Assembly (NCBI GenBank): GCA_963753975.1 | Contig: CAVWEH010000002.1 | Location: 64,001 to 128,000 of the forward strand | DNA from: an uncultured delta proteobacterium | GTDB taxonomy: Bacteria > Desulfobacterota > Syntrophia > Syntrophales > Smithellaceae | Direction: 5' to 3' | DNA length: 64,000 nt | Shown: positions 46,497 to 56,272 of the stretch, one piece after another | Layout: each line of letters opens with the position of its first letter | Numbering within the stretch: the first letter of the stretch is position 1 | The notes under the pieces: generated by a model | Seen by the model: only the letters and a program-made list of their open reading frames with translations | Database searches by the model: none | What the model was told of the DNA's origin: nothing | Made by a program: the position numbers and the translations under genes

Positions 46497-47216
46497 TTGA
46501 GAAAAGAAATATCTACAGTTAATAGTGAAAAGCAGAATCGTTGCCTTTCCTGCGGATCAACGGAAAATATCAGAAACCGGAAATATTGTTCGATCAAATG
46601 CCGGCAGAATCTCCGGCAGAAGCTGAATATGAGAAGCGGTTTACTACAGGCGTTAAATACTCGATACGCGGCTTTTTATTTTTCCGACACAATAATTATC
46701 CTGGATATAATGCCCCACGGAGTAAAGGAAATATTCAGATTTACGCAAGAGCGATCAATAAACCACAAGCCGGCGGAAGATTTCGGTAAAATGGCCAATA
46801 TGCTGGGAAGAGCCTGGTGGGAAGAGGAAAAACGCACAACTAAAAAGTATTTAGCCTCCCGCCGCGTGCTGGAATTAGCGACAAAACATCCTGCGCATAT
46901 ATCCTTGCGGCCTACTGTAATAAATATTCCGAGTGTTAAAATTAATGCCTTAAACTACTTGGGAATTAATAAAAGCGATTTAAATTCCATTGAGTTGCGT
47001 AAAATCATTAAAACCTCATACCGCAAGCAGGCTAAAATCCATCATCCCGATCTTGGTGGCCATGCTCCGACTTTTAGAAAACTCCATAAGGCCTATCGGG
47101 AACTTCTTCAATGGGCGGAGAGTCCCAGTTTTATTCACCGTCGTGGTTTTGTAAGTAAGTGGTTTTACGACGGCGAAAATAAAAAATGGGTACAACCAAT
47201 ACCGCTACATGATTAA
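46497..47216 (+). CDS. Protein with N-terminal Cys4 motif and C-terminal DnaJ (HPD) domain
   Basis: CLSC...YCSIKC; YRKQAKIHHPDLGG...FRKLHKAY. Confidence 0.8.
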   Translation: MRKEISTVNSEKQNRCLSCGSTENIRNRKYCSIKCRQNLRQKLNMRSGLLQALNTRYAAFYFSDTIIILDIMPHGVKEIFRFTQERSINHKPAEDFGKMANMLGRAWWEEEKRTTKKYLASRRVLELATKHPAHISLRPTVINIPSVKINALNYLGINKSDLNSIELRKIIKTSYRKQAKIHHPDLGGHAPTFRKLHKAYRELLQWAESPSFIHRRGFVSKWFYDGENKKWVQPIPLHD

Positions 47217-47230
47217 TAATTTATAAAATA

Positions 47231-47438
47231 TTATTTTTTATCGATGTATTTCAAATCTTCCGACGTGTTAATATCAAAGAAGAGACAACCAGAATAATTA
47301 TTTCGGCAAATATATCTTGGTATATGTCGAGAATTCTATCAATGAGCCGAATTCCGTCAATTTTAAGAAATGCTTTTTCGATTCTCATGCGGGAATTTTG
47401 CTACCGGCCAAAATGATTCCGGTAATCGTTTTTATCAT
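47231..47438 (-). pseudogene. mobA: Internally deleted molybdenum cofactor guanylyltransferase remnant
   Basis: Manual translation: MIKTITGIILAGSK/(fs)SRMRIEKAFLKIDGIRLIDRIL...EIII then (fs) FFDINTSEDL..KK*; N- and C-terminal MobA motifs in only 208 bp. Confidence 0.7.
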
Positions 47439-47742
47439 ATTAATAATTGCCTCTTTTACGCGAATGAATTTTAAGCAGTTATTAGTTATCTAATTATTTT
47501 TCTGCCTATGGAAACAGGTTGCTTAAACATTAGAGGAACCGATATTGATTCTTAAGTTATGTGTGAATACTTCATGCATAAAGAAGAATAAACGGATATA
47601 TTATAGGCGGTGCAAGTGAACTTAGCTATCAAACATCAGATGAGACGATTTAGGGTATTAAAATAATTAGATTTCTTTCGCCTGCGGAAGTACTTATTAG
47701 GAGCGGTCAATTCTCTGTTCTTCCTATTGCAGCAAGCGATTA

Positions 47743-48397
47743 TTAATGACCTTCTTCCATTGCACCCGAAATGTACATCATCGCCAGCAGCATAAAAACT
47801 ACAGTTTGGATGATCGAAGTGAAAATCATCAACACAAAAACAGGCAAAGGAACAAGTGTCGGTACAAGCAATAATACAACAGCGAGAACTATATCTTCGC
47901 CTTTGATATTGCCGAATAAACGAAAAGTCAGAGAAAGCGGCCGTGGAAAAGTGGCTGATGATTTCAATAGGAACCATGAGTGGAGTAAGCCACCATACTG
48001 GCCCCATAAATTGTTTGAAATATTTCCAGCCATGAGTTCTCACTCCGACTACATGTGTGGAGAAAAAAACGACAATAGCCATGGAAAGAGTAGTGTTAAT
48101 ATCGGACGTAGGTGATTCAAAGCCGGGAATGATACCGAGTAAGTTCGCCGTTAATATGTAAATGCCCAATGTGGCGATAAGTGGGAAATATCTCCGGCCG
48201 TTGTGGCCCATAATTTCATTTAGCAGAAAATCAAATCCGCCGATAATTACTTCCATTACATTTTGAAACCTGCCGGGGTAAATTTCCAGCCGGCGAGTTG
48301 CCAGAAAAGATAGGATTGCCAGCATAATAGCAAGAAACCAGGCGTAAGTTACGTGCGGGGGAAAATAGGAATTCTCCAAAAAAAGCAGAGGGTGCAT
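47743..48397 (-). CDS. atpB: F0F1 ATP synthase subunit a; +1 frameshift at ~47944
   Basis: [41 protein letters not shown]. Confidence 0.93.
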
Positions 48398-48400
48398 ATA

Positions 48401-48796
48401 TTAAATAACCTCCTCAAGAAAGTTTTTTTTTGTAAAGGTAGTAATAACGGTTACAACAATGGTTATTACTACTACCGATAATCCAATAATCAAGCCGATT
48501 ATATTTACGGTGTCGTTCGAAATTAAAAAATATAAAACAACGGCGGTTAACGCCAGCCGAATAAAATATTTAAAGAACACCGCTCCTTTTACGTTTCCCG
48601 TAAGTTTTTCAAAAACACGGCGTAAACTGCGTTCCATCCAATAAAAATTTAGGATGCTGATGAAACCGCCCAGAAGCACACCTAGAGCAAATTTAAAAGT
48701 GCCGAAAATTAAAGAAGGGATAAAAATAAGGCCGAGAATAATCCAGTTAACGATTTCAATTTTTCTTTGGAGCTGGTCTTTGGCGATGAGGTTCAC
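48401..48796 (-). CDS. atpI: ATP synthase protein I
   Basis: Four-TM protein immediately upstream of atpB. Confidence 0.8.
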   Translation of the reverse strand: MNLIAKDQLQRKIEIVNWIILGLIFIPSLIFGTFKFALGVLLGGFISILNFYWMERSLRRVFEKLTGNVKGAVFFKYFIRLALTAVVLYFLISNDTVNIIGLIIGLSVVVITIVVTVITTFTKKNFLEEVI

Positions 48797-49040
48797 TTTT
48801 TATACTCTTTATTATTGGTTCATCATCAGTAAAATTTTTTTTAATCAAAACATATATGTTACGAAACCCGGCCGCAATACCAATAAACAAGAAAATTATG
48901 GTAAAAACGTGACCGGATTCAAACTTGCGGTCTAGATACGATCCAAACCAAAGGCAGCCAAAAATTGCCAAGACCATGGCAATGCCGATGCTGCTGGCAA
49001 AAGCCATTTGCATGGCATTTTTTTTGGTTTCTTGATCCAT
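48756..49040 (-). CDS. atpZ: AtpZ/AtpI-family small membrane protein
   Basis: SSIGIAMV...G..LDRKF...GIAAGFRN pattern, upstream of atpI. Confidence 0.75.
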   Translation of the reverse strand: MDQETKKNAMQMAFASSIGIAMVLAIFGCLWFGSYLDRKFESGHVFTIIFLFIGIAAGFRNIYVLIKKNFTDDEPIIKSIKSEPHRQRPAPKKN

Positions 49041-49107
49041 TTATTCAGGCGCTCCTTAACATTAATGAAATCCAAAGTCAAACAAAAAAATGACCGGCGT
49101 TCAGGTA

Positions 49108-50050
49108 TTAACGTGCAATGCGGCGGTTGTTCCTATACCATTCAATTGTTTTCATTAATCCTGTTTCGAAATCAGTGGCGGCTTTAAATCCAAATTCTTT
49201 CATCGCTTTTGAAGTGTCGAGCAGACGACGCGGCTGGCCGTCCGGTTTGGATTTATCCCAAATAATATTCGCCTTTAAAACCGCTAATTTGAGCAATTAG
49301 TTCAACAAGTTCTTTAATTGATATTTCAAAGCCGGCGCCGATATTAATGGGTTCGCTTTTGTTGTAAAATCTGGTCGCTAAGTAAATTGCTTCAGCGGCG
49401 TCCTCCACGTAAAAAAATTCGCGTGTGGCCGAACCAGTGCCCCAGACTTCAATTTTAGCGGCATTTACGTCCAAGGCATCAAAACATTTTTTTATTAGTG
49501 CGGGAATAACGTGAGAGGAGCGCGGAGCGAAATTATCTCCCGGACCGTAAAGGTTTACCGGCAGTAAAAAAATTGAATTGAACGAATATTGTTGACGGTA
49601 CGCCTGAGACTGCACCAGCATCATTTTTTTTGCAAGGCCATAGGGGGCATTGGTTTCTTCGGGGTATCCGTTCCAGATGTTTTCTTCCTTAAAAGGTACC
49701 GGCGTGAATTTAGGATATGCGCAAATTGTTCCCAGCGCGACAAATTTTTCAATTTTGTGCAGATATGCTTCATGGATTAATTGAGCACCCATGATTAAAT
49801 TGTCAAAAAATAGTTCGGCGGGCTTTTCCTGATTAAAGCCGATGCCGCCGACCCGGGCAGCAAGGTGAATGACGATTTCGGGATTGGTCTCTTCATACAT
49901 GCGGCGAATATCGGTAATATTAGTCAAATTGTATTCGGGAAGGTCAGCGATTTTAACATGAACACAGCCTGCACTTTTTAATTTTTTGAGCAAATGGCTT
50001 CCTAAAAATCCTTTTCCGCCGGTAACGGTGATGCGTTTTTCTTTAAGCAT
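49108..50050 (-). CDS. fcl: GDP-L-fucose synthase; +1 frameshift at ~49270
   Basis: [51 protein letters not shown]. Confidence 0.92.
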
Positions 50051-50067
50051 TTAATAATCTCCGGTTT

Positions 50068-51099
50068 TCAAGTGATGCGATCGCTGCTGTTACATGCGAA
50101 TCCGGCTTCGACTAAAGTCTTCTCTTTCTTTGCCAATTCCAGATCCCCGGCAATCATCATATCGATAAGCTTTTCAAAACCGATTTTCGGTTGCCAGCCG
50201 AGAATTTTTTTCGCTTTGGCGTAATTGCCTAAAAGTACATCTACCTCGGTTGGCCGAAAATAACGCCGATCCACCATTACATATTTATTATAATCCAATC
50301 CGAGTTTGGTAAATACTTTCTCTGCAAACTCCCGTACCGAGTGCGTTTCGCCGGTGGCAATGACGAAATCGTCGGGCTTTTCTTGCTGCAACATCATCCA
50401 CATTGCTTCTACATAGTCTCCGGCAAAGCCCCAATCTCTTTTGGCGTCAAGGTTTCCCAAATAAAGTTTTTCCTTAAGGCCTAACTTGATTTGTGTTGCC
50501 GCGCGGGTGATTTTTCTGGTGACGAACGTTTCTCCGCGTCGCGGCGATTCATGGTTAAAAAGAATTCCATTAGAGGCAAAAATGCCGTAGGCATCTCGAT
50601 AGTTTTGCGCAATATAATAGGCATAAACTTTAGCCGCTGCATAGGGGCTGCGCGGTTGAAATATCGTTTTTTCACTTTGGGGCGGCGCCGCAGCTCCGAA
50701 CATTTCGCTGGAAGAAGCTTGATAAAATTTGGTTTTGATACCGGTTCTACGAATTGCTTCCAAAATTCTCAATGTTCCCATCCCGGTTATATCTCCGGTA
50801 TATTCAGGCATGTCAAAACTTACCCGGACATGGCTTTGAGCTCCCAGGTGATAAATTTCATCGGGGGCAATAGAATGAAGTAAATCCATAAGTTGTCCGG
50901 AAACGCTTAAATCGCCGTAATAAAGAAATAATCTTGTATCCGGGTCATGAAAGTCACGATAAAGGTGATCGATGCGGTCGGTGTTAAAAGTACTGGAGCG
51001 CCGTATCAAACCATGAACTTCATAACCCTTAGTCAAGAGGAGTTCTGCCAGATAGGAGCCGTCTTGACCGGTAATACCCGTAAGAAAAGCTTTTTTCAT
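50068..51099 (-). CDS. gmd: GDP-mannose 4,6-dehydratase
   Basis: [38 protein letters not shown]. Confidence 0.96.
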   Translation of the reverse strand: MKKAFLTGITGQDGSYLAELLLTKGYEVHGLIRRSSTFNTDRIDHLYRDFHDPDTRLFLYYGDLSVSGQLMDLLHSIAPDEIYHLGAQSHVRVSFDMPEYTGDITGMGTLRILEAIRRTGIKTKFYQASSSEMFGAAAPPQSEKTIFQPRSPYAAAKVYAYYIAQNYRDAYGIFASNGILFNHESPRRGETFVTRKITRAATQIKLGLKEKLYLGNLDAKRDWGFAGDYVEAMWMMLQQEKPDDFVIATGETHSVREFAEKVFTKLGLDYNKYVMVDRRYFRPTEVDVLLGNYAKAKKILGWQPKIGFEKLIDMMIAGDLELAKKEKTLVEAGFACNSSDRIT

Positions 51100-51125
51100 T
51101 TTGCCTCCTAAAAAATAAACAGTGT

Positions 51126-52445
51126 TTATAATCGCCAGTATTTAATACCCAGTTTCCGCGCGCGTTCGGGTTCAAATAATGATTTTATATCAATTAAAAT
51201 GGAACAATCTTTACGACAGAACCCGGCAATGCGCGTTAATCCCAGATCCCTAAAAGCGTTGTGGGCGACGGCGAGCACAACGGCATCGACATCACGGATA
51301 TCACTCAAAGGCACCAGCTCTATGCCGTAATAATGGCGGGCTTCTCCGGGGATTACCAAAGGATCATGTACCATTATATCAACCCCATATTCCGTCAATT
51401 CGGTTATGATGTCGGTTACCCGCGTGTTGCGTATATCCGGAACGTTTTCCTTGAAGGAAAGTCCTAAGACGGCCACACGCGCGTTGTGTACTTGTTTGTC
51501 GGAATCTATAAGCATTTTGATCGTTTGTTGCGCCACGTATTTGCCCATGTTGTCGTTAATCCGTCGCCCGGCAAGAATTACTTCGGGATGGTAACCTATG
51601 CTTTGAGCTTTATAAGTAAGGTAATAGGGATCAACACCGATGCAGTGACCGCCGACCAAACCGGGACGGAATGATAAAAAATTCCATTTTGTTTCCGCGG
51701 CTTCCAAAACTTCGATGGTGTCGATTCCCATTTTATTAAAAATTATAGACAGCTCATTCATCAAAGCGATGTTGATATCGCGTTGAGTATTTTCTATTAC
51801 CTTTGCCGCTTCAGCAACTTTTATTGATGAGGCCTTATGCAATCCGGCTTTGACTATTAAGCTATATATCCCTTCCAAAAAATCCAGAGTTGATTGATCG
51901 GATGCGGAAATAATTTTTATCGTGTTATCGATGGTATGCACCTTATCGCCGGGATTGATGCGCTCGGGCGAGTAGCCGACCGTGAAATCACGGCCGAATT
52001 TAAGGTTTGATTCTGCCTCCAAAATAGGGATGCAAATATCTTCGGTAGCGCCGGGATAAACGGTGGATTCATAAACTACACAGGAACCGGATGACATATG
52101 CCGGCCAATTAAGGCGGAAGCATTTTTTATCGCGCGCAAATCGGGAACACGGGAATCGTCTACCGGCGTGGGAACGGCAACTATGAAAAGCCGGCAGCCG
52201 GAAAGCTCGGTGGCGTCAGATGTAAAATGAACATCGACTTTTTTTAATTCGGCATTGGTAAGTTCCAGAGTGCGATCATGGCCTTTTTTTAATTCAGCAA
52301 TATTGACTTCATTATTGTCATAACCAATAACTTTAAAGTTACGTGATAAGTGAGCGGCCAAAGGTAGTCCCACGTATCCCAAGCCGATAACAGCAATTAT
52401 GTCTTTTTTGGCAAGAAAAGATTGAATGGATAACTGTTTTCCCAT
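51126..52445 (-). CDS. Nucleotide-sugar (UDP-GlcNAc/GalNAc) dehydrogenase, TviB/WbpO-like
   Basis: [41 protein letters not shown]. Confidence 0.9.
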   Translation of the reverse strand: MGKQLSIQSFLAKKDIIAVIGLGYVGLPLAAHLSRNFKVIGYDNNEVNIAELKKGHDRTLELTNAELKKVDVHFTSDATELSGCRLFIVAVPTPVDDSRVPDLRAIKNASALIGRHMSSGSCVVYESTVYPGATEDICIPILEAESNLKFGRDFTVGYSPERINPGDKVHTIDNTIKIISASDQSTLDFLEGIYSLIVKAGLHKASSIKVAEAAKVIENTQRDINIALMNELSIIFNKMGIDTIEVLEAAETKWNFLSFRPGLVGGHCIGVDPYYLTYKAQSIGYHPEVILAGRRINDNMGKYVAQQTIKMLIDSDKQVHNARVAVLGLSFKENVPDIRNTRVTDIITELTEYGVDIMVHDPLVIPGEARHYYGIELVPLSDIRDVDAVVLAVAHNAFRDLGLTRIAGFCRKDCSILIDIKSLFEPERARKLGIKYWRL

Positions 52446-52487
52446 AACTCGTTTCCTCAGATAAATTTATAATATAAATTAACGCAA

Positions 52488-52516
52488 ACATTACAGTAAT
52501 GACAGGCGGTTGTCAA
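52488..52516 (-). promoter_or_regulatory. Putative sigma70 promoter for the nucleotide-sugar operon
   Basis: TTGACA-N17-TAATGT on minus strand ~45 bp before the ATG. Confidence 0.45.
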
Positions 52517-52517
52517 T

Positions 52518-52654
52518 CCCGCGACCTGGAGTCTGTCGGCTCCAGTTCCAAGAGGAGAGTACCGTGACCCGCGGGAGGTCGCGTTATTTTAGAGAACCTC
52601 CGGCTCCTGTAACCTAAAGGTCATCTGCGACCGGAGGGGACTCCACTTAGGTGG
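52518..52654. other. GC-rich multi-hairpin non-coding element
   Basis: cgcgacct/aggtcgcg, ctggag/ctccag, cctccgg/ccggagg, ccac/gtgg stems. Confidence 0.55.
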
Positions 52655-53938
52655 TCACAGCTTTTTCAATGCAGAGGCGCAAGCATCCAGGGTAAAAGCA
52701 ATATCGGCATCACTATGGGCAAAGGACAGGAAAACTGCCTCAAATTGTGAAGGAGCCAACCATATATTTTTTTTCAATATACTATGAAAAAAACGGGCAA
52801 ATAGCGCCGTATCTGATTTTTGGGCGGAAGTTAAATCATAGATTGGTCCTTCCTGGAAGAATATCGTAAACATCGAATGAACGCGGCTTATACAAGCGGG
52901 AATTCCTTCGGCGGCAAATAGGTTTTCCATACCTGTGCAAAGTTTATTAGTTTTATCATCCAGTGCTAAATAAGAGGAAGCTTTGGCTTTAAGGATTTGG
53001 AGAGTCGCTAAGCCCGCGGCGATAGCCAAAGGATTGCCGGAAAGAGTGCCGGCCTGATAGATTTCACCCATCGGAGCAATCTTTTCCATGATTTCCTTTT
53101 TGCCGCCAACGGCGCCGACGGGCATCCCTCCGCCGATTATTTTGCCCAAACAAGTTAAGTCGGGTTTGATTTTTATTAAATTCTGATAACCGCCGAAGGT
53201 AAAACGAAATCCTGAAATTACTTCATCGAAGATTAAAACTATGCCGTATTTTTGAGTAAGTCTTCTTAGCTCTTCTAAAAATCCAGCCTGCGGAGGAATT
53301 ACTCCCATATTGCCGGCTACCGGCTCAATAATAACGGCTGCGAGCCGTGAACCATGGCGCTCGATCGTTGTTTTCAGGGCTTCCAGGGAATTATAAGGCA
53401 GACTCAAGGTTAAACGTGATAATTCATCAGGAATACCCGGAGACCCGGATAGACCCAAGGTTGTCACGCCGGATCCTGCCTTGACCAAGAGTGAATCGAC
53501 GTGGCCGTGGTAACAGCCGTCGAATTTAGCGATCATATCCCTGCCGGTAAAGCCGCGCGCCAGACGTATGGCCGTCATTGTTGCTTCCGTACCGGAACTG
53601 GTCATTCGCACCAGCTCTATAGAGGGTATTGCCAAACGGATGAGCTTGGCCATTTTTGTCTCCGCTTCAGTCGGCGCGCCGAAGCTTGTTCCCTTTTGAG
53701 CAGTGCGGCAAATAGCGGCGATTACGTCAGGATGAGCGTGACCTAAAATCATCGGCCCCCAGGATAAGACATAATCAATATATTTCTTACCGGAGATATC
53801 ATAAATTTTACTGCCTTTAGCACGGCTGACAAAGAGAGGACTACCGCCGACCGCATTCCAGGCGCGTACGGGAGAATTAACACCGCCGGCGATAACCTGC
53901 CTGGCTTCAGTAAGATAATCCGACCGTGTTTTGGGCAT
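52655..53938 (-). CDS. hemL: Glutamate-1-semialdehyde 2,1-aminomutase
   Basis: GGVNSPVRA, SGTEATM, FDEVISGFR, GKIIGGGMPVG, YQAGTLSGNP. Confidence 0.96.
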   Translation of the reverse strand: MPKTRSDYLTEARQVIAGGVNSPVRAWNAVGGSPLFVSRAKGSKIYDISGKKYIDYVLSWGPMILGHAHPDVIAAICRTAQKGTSFGAPTEAETKMAKLIRLAIPSIELVRMTSSGTEATMTAIRLARGFTGRDMIAKFDGCYHGHVDSLLVKAGSGVTTLGLSGSPGIPDELSRLTLSLPYNSLEALKTTIERHGSRLAAVIIEPVAGNMGVIPPQAGFLEELRRLTQKYGIVLIFDEVISGFRFTFGGYQNLIKIKPDLTCLGKIIGGGMPVGAVGGKKEIMEKIAPMGEIYQAGTLSGNPLAIAAGLATLQILKAKASSYLALDDKTNKLCTGMENLFAAEGIPACISRVHSMFTIFFQEGPIYDLTSAQKSDTALFARFFHSILKKNIWLAPSQFEAVFLSFAHSDADIAFTLDACASALKKL

Positions 53939-54405
53939 TAAAAATACTCCGGAGATGTCTTTTTATATTCTTTTAAGCTTTCCAAAATTAGAAAATCATA
54001 AATATCAACGGAAGCCGCCATTTTATTTACCAGAGAAGTCATGTCTTCGCTTTTGGTGTGCAGCATTGTAAACAGATTGTATTTGAACTTAAATAGCGGA
54101 TTCCTTTCGTAGCAATGGGAGATAAAGGGAAAAGAAGCAAAAGTCCTTCCGGCATCTTTTATTTTATCCTGCGGTACGGACCAGACAACCAGCGCGTTTT
54201 TTGCGTAGCCGATTTTAGAGTGGCGCAAAATAGCTCCAAACTTACGTATATAACCTTCCCTGTTCAGCTTCTTTATTATATTAATAATTTCTTTTTCAGT
54301 TACGCCGCAGGAATCCGCGATCTGGCGGAAAGGACGGCTTTCTAACTGAATATCGCCCTGAAGCAGGCTGGCAACTTTAATTTTTTTAGCGGTTATTCCT
54401 TTCAC
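53938..54405 (-). CDS. ahbB: Siroheme decarboxylase subunit (Lrp/AsnC-like, AhbB type)
   Basis: LQGDI....RPF..IA, ISHCYER, YNLFTMLH, KKTSPEYF; start set at GTG 54405. Confidence 0.75.
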   Translation of the reverse strand: MKGITAKKIKVASLLQGDIQLESRPFRQIADSCGVTEKEIINIIKKLNREGYIRKFGAILRHSKIGYAKNALVVWSVPQDKIKDAGRTFASFPFISHCYERNPLFKFKYNLFTMLHTKSEDMTSLVNKMAASVDIYDFLILESLKEYKKTSPEYF

Positions 54406-54596
54406 AGGATAAATTTTAACCTGCTTAATAAATAAAATCAAGAAGTGTGTTATAAGTAAATATTTCTTGACAATTATTATGTGGAACATTAAAAATTAAT
54501 TGACGTGAAGGTCAGATAGCAAAAAAATAAATGAAAGGAGGCGTGGATAAGTTTATATTTTAGTAAATTAATATTAATTAAATAAGGAGAATTAAA

Positions 54597-54962
54597 ATGA
54601 AAAAGGGTTTTATTTACACGCTAATGGCTACATTATTGGTTATTGTTTCTTCTCCCTTTGCTTTTGCGGCTGCTGAAGCAGCGAAAACGGCAACTGTCGA
54701 TTATACAAAAGCAATTATAGTTGGCTGCTCCCTGCTGGTTGCCGGTTTAGCCATAGCTTTTGGTACAATTGGTACAGGCTTGGGTATGGGCAACGGATTA
54801 AATGGCGCTACTAATGCTGTAGGGAGAAATCCGGAAGCGCAAGGCAAGGTACTTCTAACCATGATGGTTGGTCTGGCCATGATTGAATCATTGGCCATTT
54901 ACGCGCTGGTAGTTTCTTTAATCTTGCTTTACGCTAATCCACTTTTGAAGTATATTGGCTGA
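54597..54962 (+). CDS. atpE: F0F1 ATP synthase subunit c with N-terminal leader extension
   Basis: GxGxG helix, GRNPEA loop, MIESLAIYAL, LLYANP; SD aaggag. Confidence 0.93.
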   Translation: MKKGFIYTLMATLLVIVSSPFAFAAAEAAKTATVDYTKAIIVGCSLLVAGLAIAFGTIGTGLGMGNGLNGATNAVGRNPEAQGKVLLTMMVGLAMIESLAIYALVVSLILLYANPLLKYIG

Positions 54963-54985
54963 TAATTGGTGCTATCATAAAAATT

Positions 54986-55024
54986 AGGGAGGGGAAGCGT
55001 GCATCGACTTTCACTCCCTTTTTT
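54986..55024 (+). terminator. Intrinsic terminator after atpE
   Basis: agggag...ctccct followed by T run. Confidence 0.6.
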
Positions 55025-55361
55025 AGTTAGACTCAAACAGGACAAGCGTAGCGCAGTCATGTTTGGTAGTCTAACTTATCCCCGAAGCGTAGCGTAGGGG
55101 GTTAATGACACCGTATTTAGGAGCAAAGTGCCGCATTATCTGCAAGTCGAATTGATCCCTCCATAGGCGGAGGGCATTGCAGATGCCCGTGGTAATGAGC
55201 CTCAAATTCCGAAAGCAGAGCGCATCGGAATTGGTAAGTTGAATTAATGACACTCGTTGAAAACGAACGAACCCCATTAGAAAGGCGCACTTTCTAACGG
55301 GGTGAAGTGAAGTTTGAAGCTTAAGTGAAATTATCCCGCAAACGAAGTGAAGCGGGAATAA
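55025..55361 (+). repeat. Cluster of hairpin modules including structured-repeat copies 4 (55025-55104) and 5 (55195-55243)
   Basis: agttagact/agtctaact with loop aaGCGTAGCgca; caaattccga/tcggaattgg; accccattagaaa..tttctaacggggt; atcccgc..gcgggaat. Confidence 0.8.
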
Positions 55362-55407
55362 TGATATCGCATCAAAGAAACTAAAAAATTGCAACTGTCC
55401 TATTCAG

Positions 55408-55815
55408 TTAATCATCAGCAATAACTCTTCCGCGTAAAACCTTTTTTTCAGCTTGTTTATGCTTGGCGGTAAGAATTTTTTCTTTTGCGCGCTTCGTACG
55501 CTTCCTCTTTTGGCGGCGGATCTTTTCGATTTTATCTTTTTTCTCCGCGATAAAACCTCTTTGCATCAATTCAATTTTATCTAATAGTAAACGGCGAGCT
55601 AAATAGCGGTTTAATGTCTGTGATCGCTCCCGCTGACATTTAACTGAAAGACCGGTAGGAATGTGGACCAGGTAAACACAAGAGGAACTTTTATTGACTT
55701 TCTGTCCGCCCGGTCCGGAAGAACGGATAAAAGATTCTTCCAGGTCACTTTCCGTGATCCCCAGCTGCAGCATTCTTGCCGACAAGGCTTCTTCTTTTTC
55801 CCGGGAAACAGGCAT
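55408..55815 (-). CDS. Peptidyl-tRNA hydrolase / ribosome rescue factor, ArfB-like
   Basis: RSSGPGGQKVNK, CQRERSQ..NR, basic C-terminal tail. Confidence 0.85.
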   Translation of the reverse strand: MPVSREKEEALSARMLQLGITESDLEESFIRSSGPGGQKVNKSSSCVYLVHIPTGLSVKCQRERSQTLNRYLARRLLLDKIELMQRGFIAEKKDKIEKIRRQKRKRTKRAKEKILTAKHKQAEKKVLRGRVIADD

Positions 55816-55829
55816 GATTGATTTAACGC

Positions 55830-56261
55830 TTACGGGATGGAATAAATTTCGTCGTAGATTAAACGAATCCAGTTTTGAGTGAGAATTTCTTTGGCTTCTT
55901 CCAGTTTATCAACGCCGATTATCAGGATAGTTTCTTTGCCGATGCGATTAATTGTAGTGTAAAGATAATGGATATTGATTTCCGCTTTGGCCAGGGGTTT
56001 CAAAATAGCATTCATGCCTCCCGCATGAAGGGGAACTTCCACGGCCAATACAGGTGTAACTTCGAAGTTGAAGCTGAAGCTTTTCAAAACCGCAGCGGCA
56101 CGATCCGGATCATTTACAACAAGCCGGACGGTACTATCGACGGCAGTGCTGGCCGCGGATACGGCCTTGGTGCTGATATCTTCGGAATCCAGAATATGAG
56201 TAAGTTTCGCAAAAGAACCGGGGACGTTGCCCAGAAGGACGGAAATTTGTTTTACGGCCAT
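55830..56261 (-). CDS. Tandem ACT-domain protein
   Basis: KQISVLLGNVPG, VRLVVNDP, INIHYLY. Confidence 0.8.
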   Translation of the reverse strand: MAVKQISVLLGNVPGSFAKLTHILDSEDISTKAVSAASTAVDSTVRLVVNDPDRAAAVLKSFSFNFEVTPVLAVEVPLHAGGMNAILKPLAKAEINIHYLYTTINRIGKETILIIGVDKLEEAKEILTQNWIRLIYDEIYSIP

Positions 56262-56272
56262 AGGTGAATCCT

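Noticed and set aside
52501..52514. ops/JUMPstart site (ggcggt) for the sugar operon
   Set aside because: Wrong strand for the minus-strand operon, imperfect match, and it lies in the promoter spacer.
52590..52650. Moco riboswitch
   Set aside because: Only acctaa resembles it; the other conserved elements are absent and no Moco gene is downstream.
55025..55361. CRISPR array
   Set aside because: Modules are divergent and irregularly spaced, with no identical repeats separated by unique spacers and no cas genes.
55071..55394. 107-aa minus-strand ORF
   Set aside because: Runs through the hairpin cluster; TTG start and no protein-like features.
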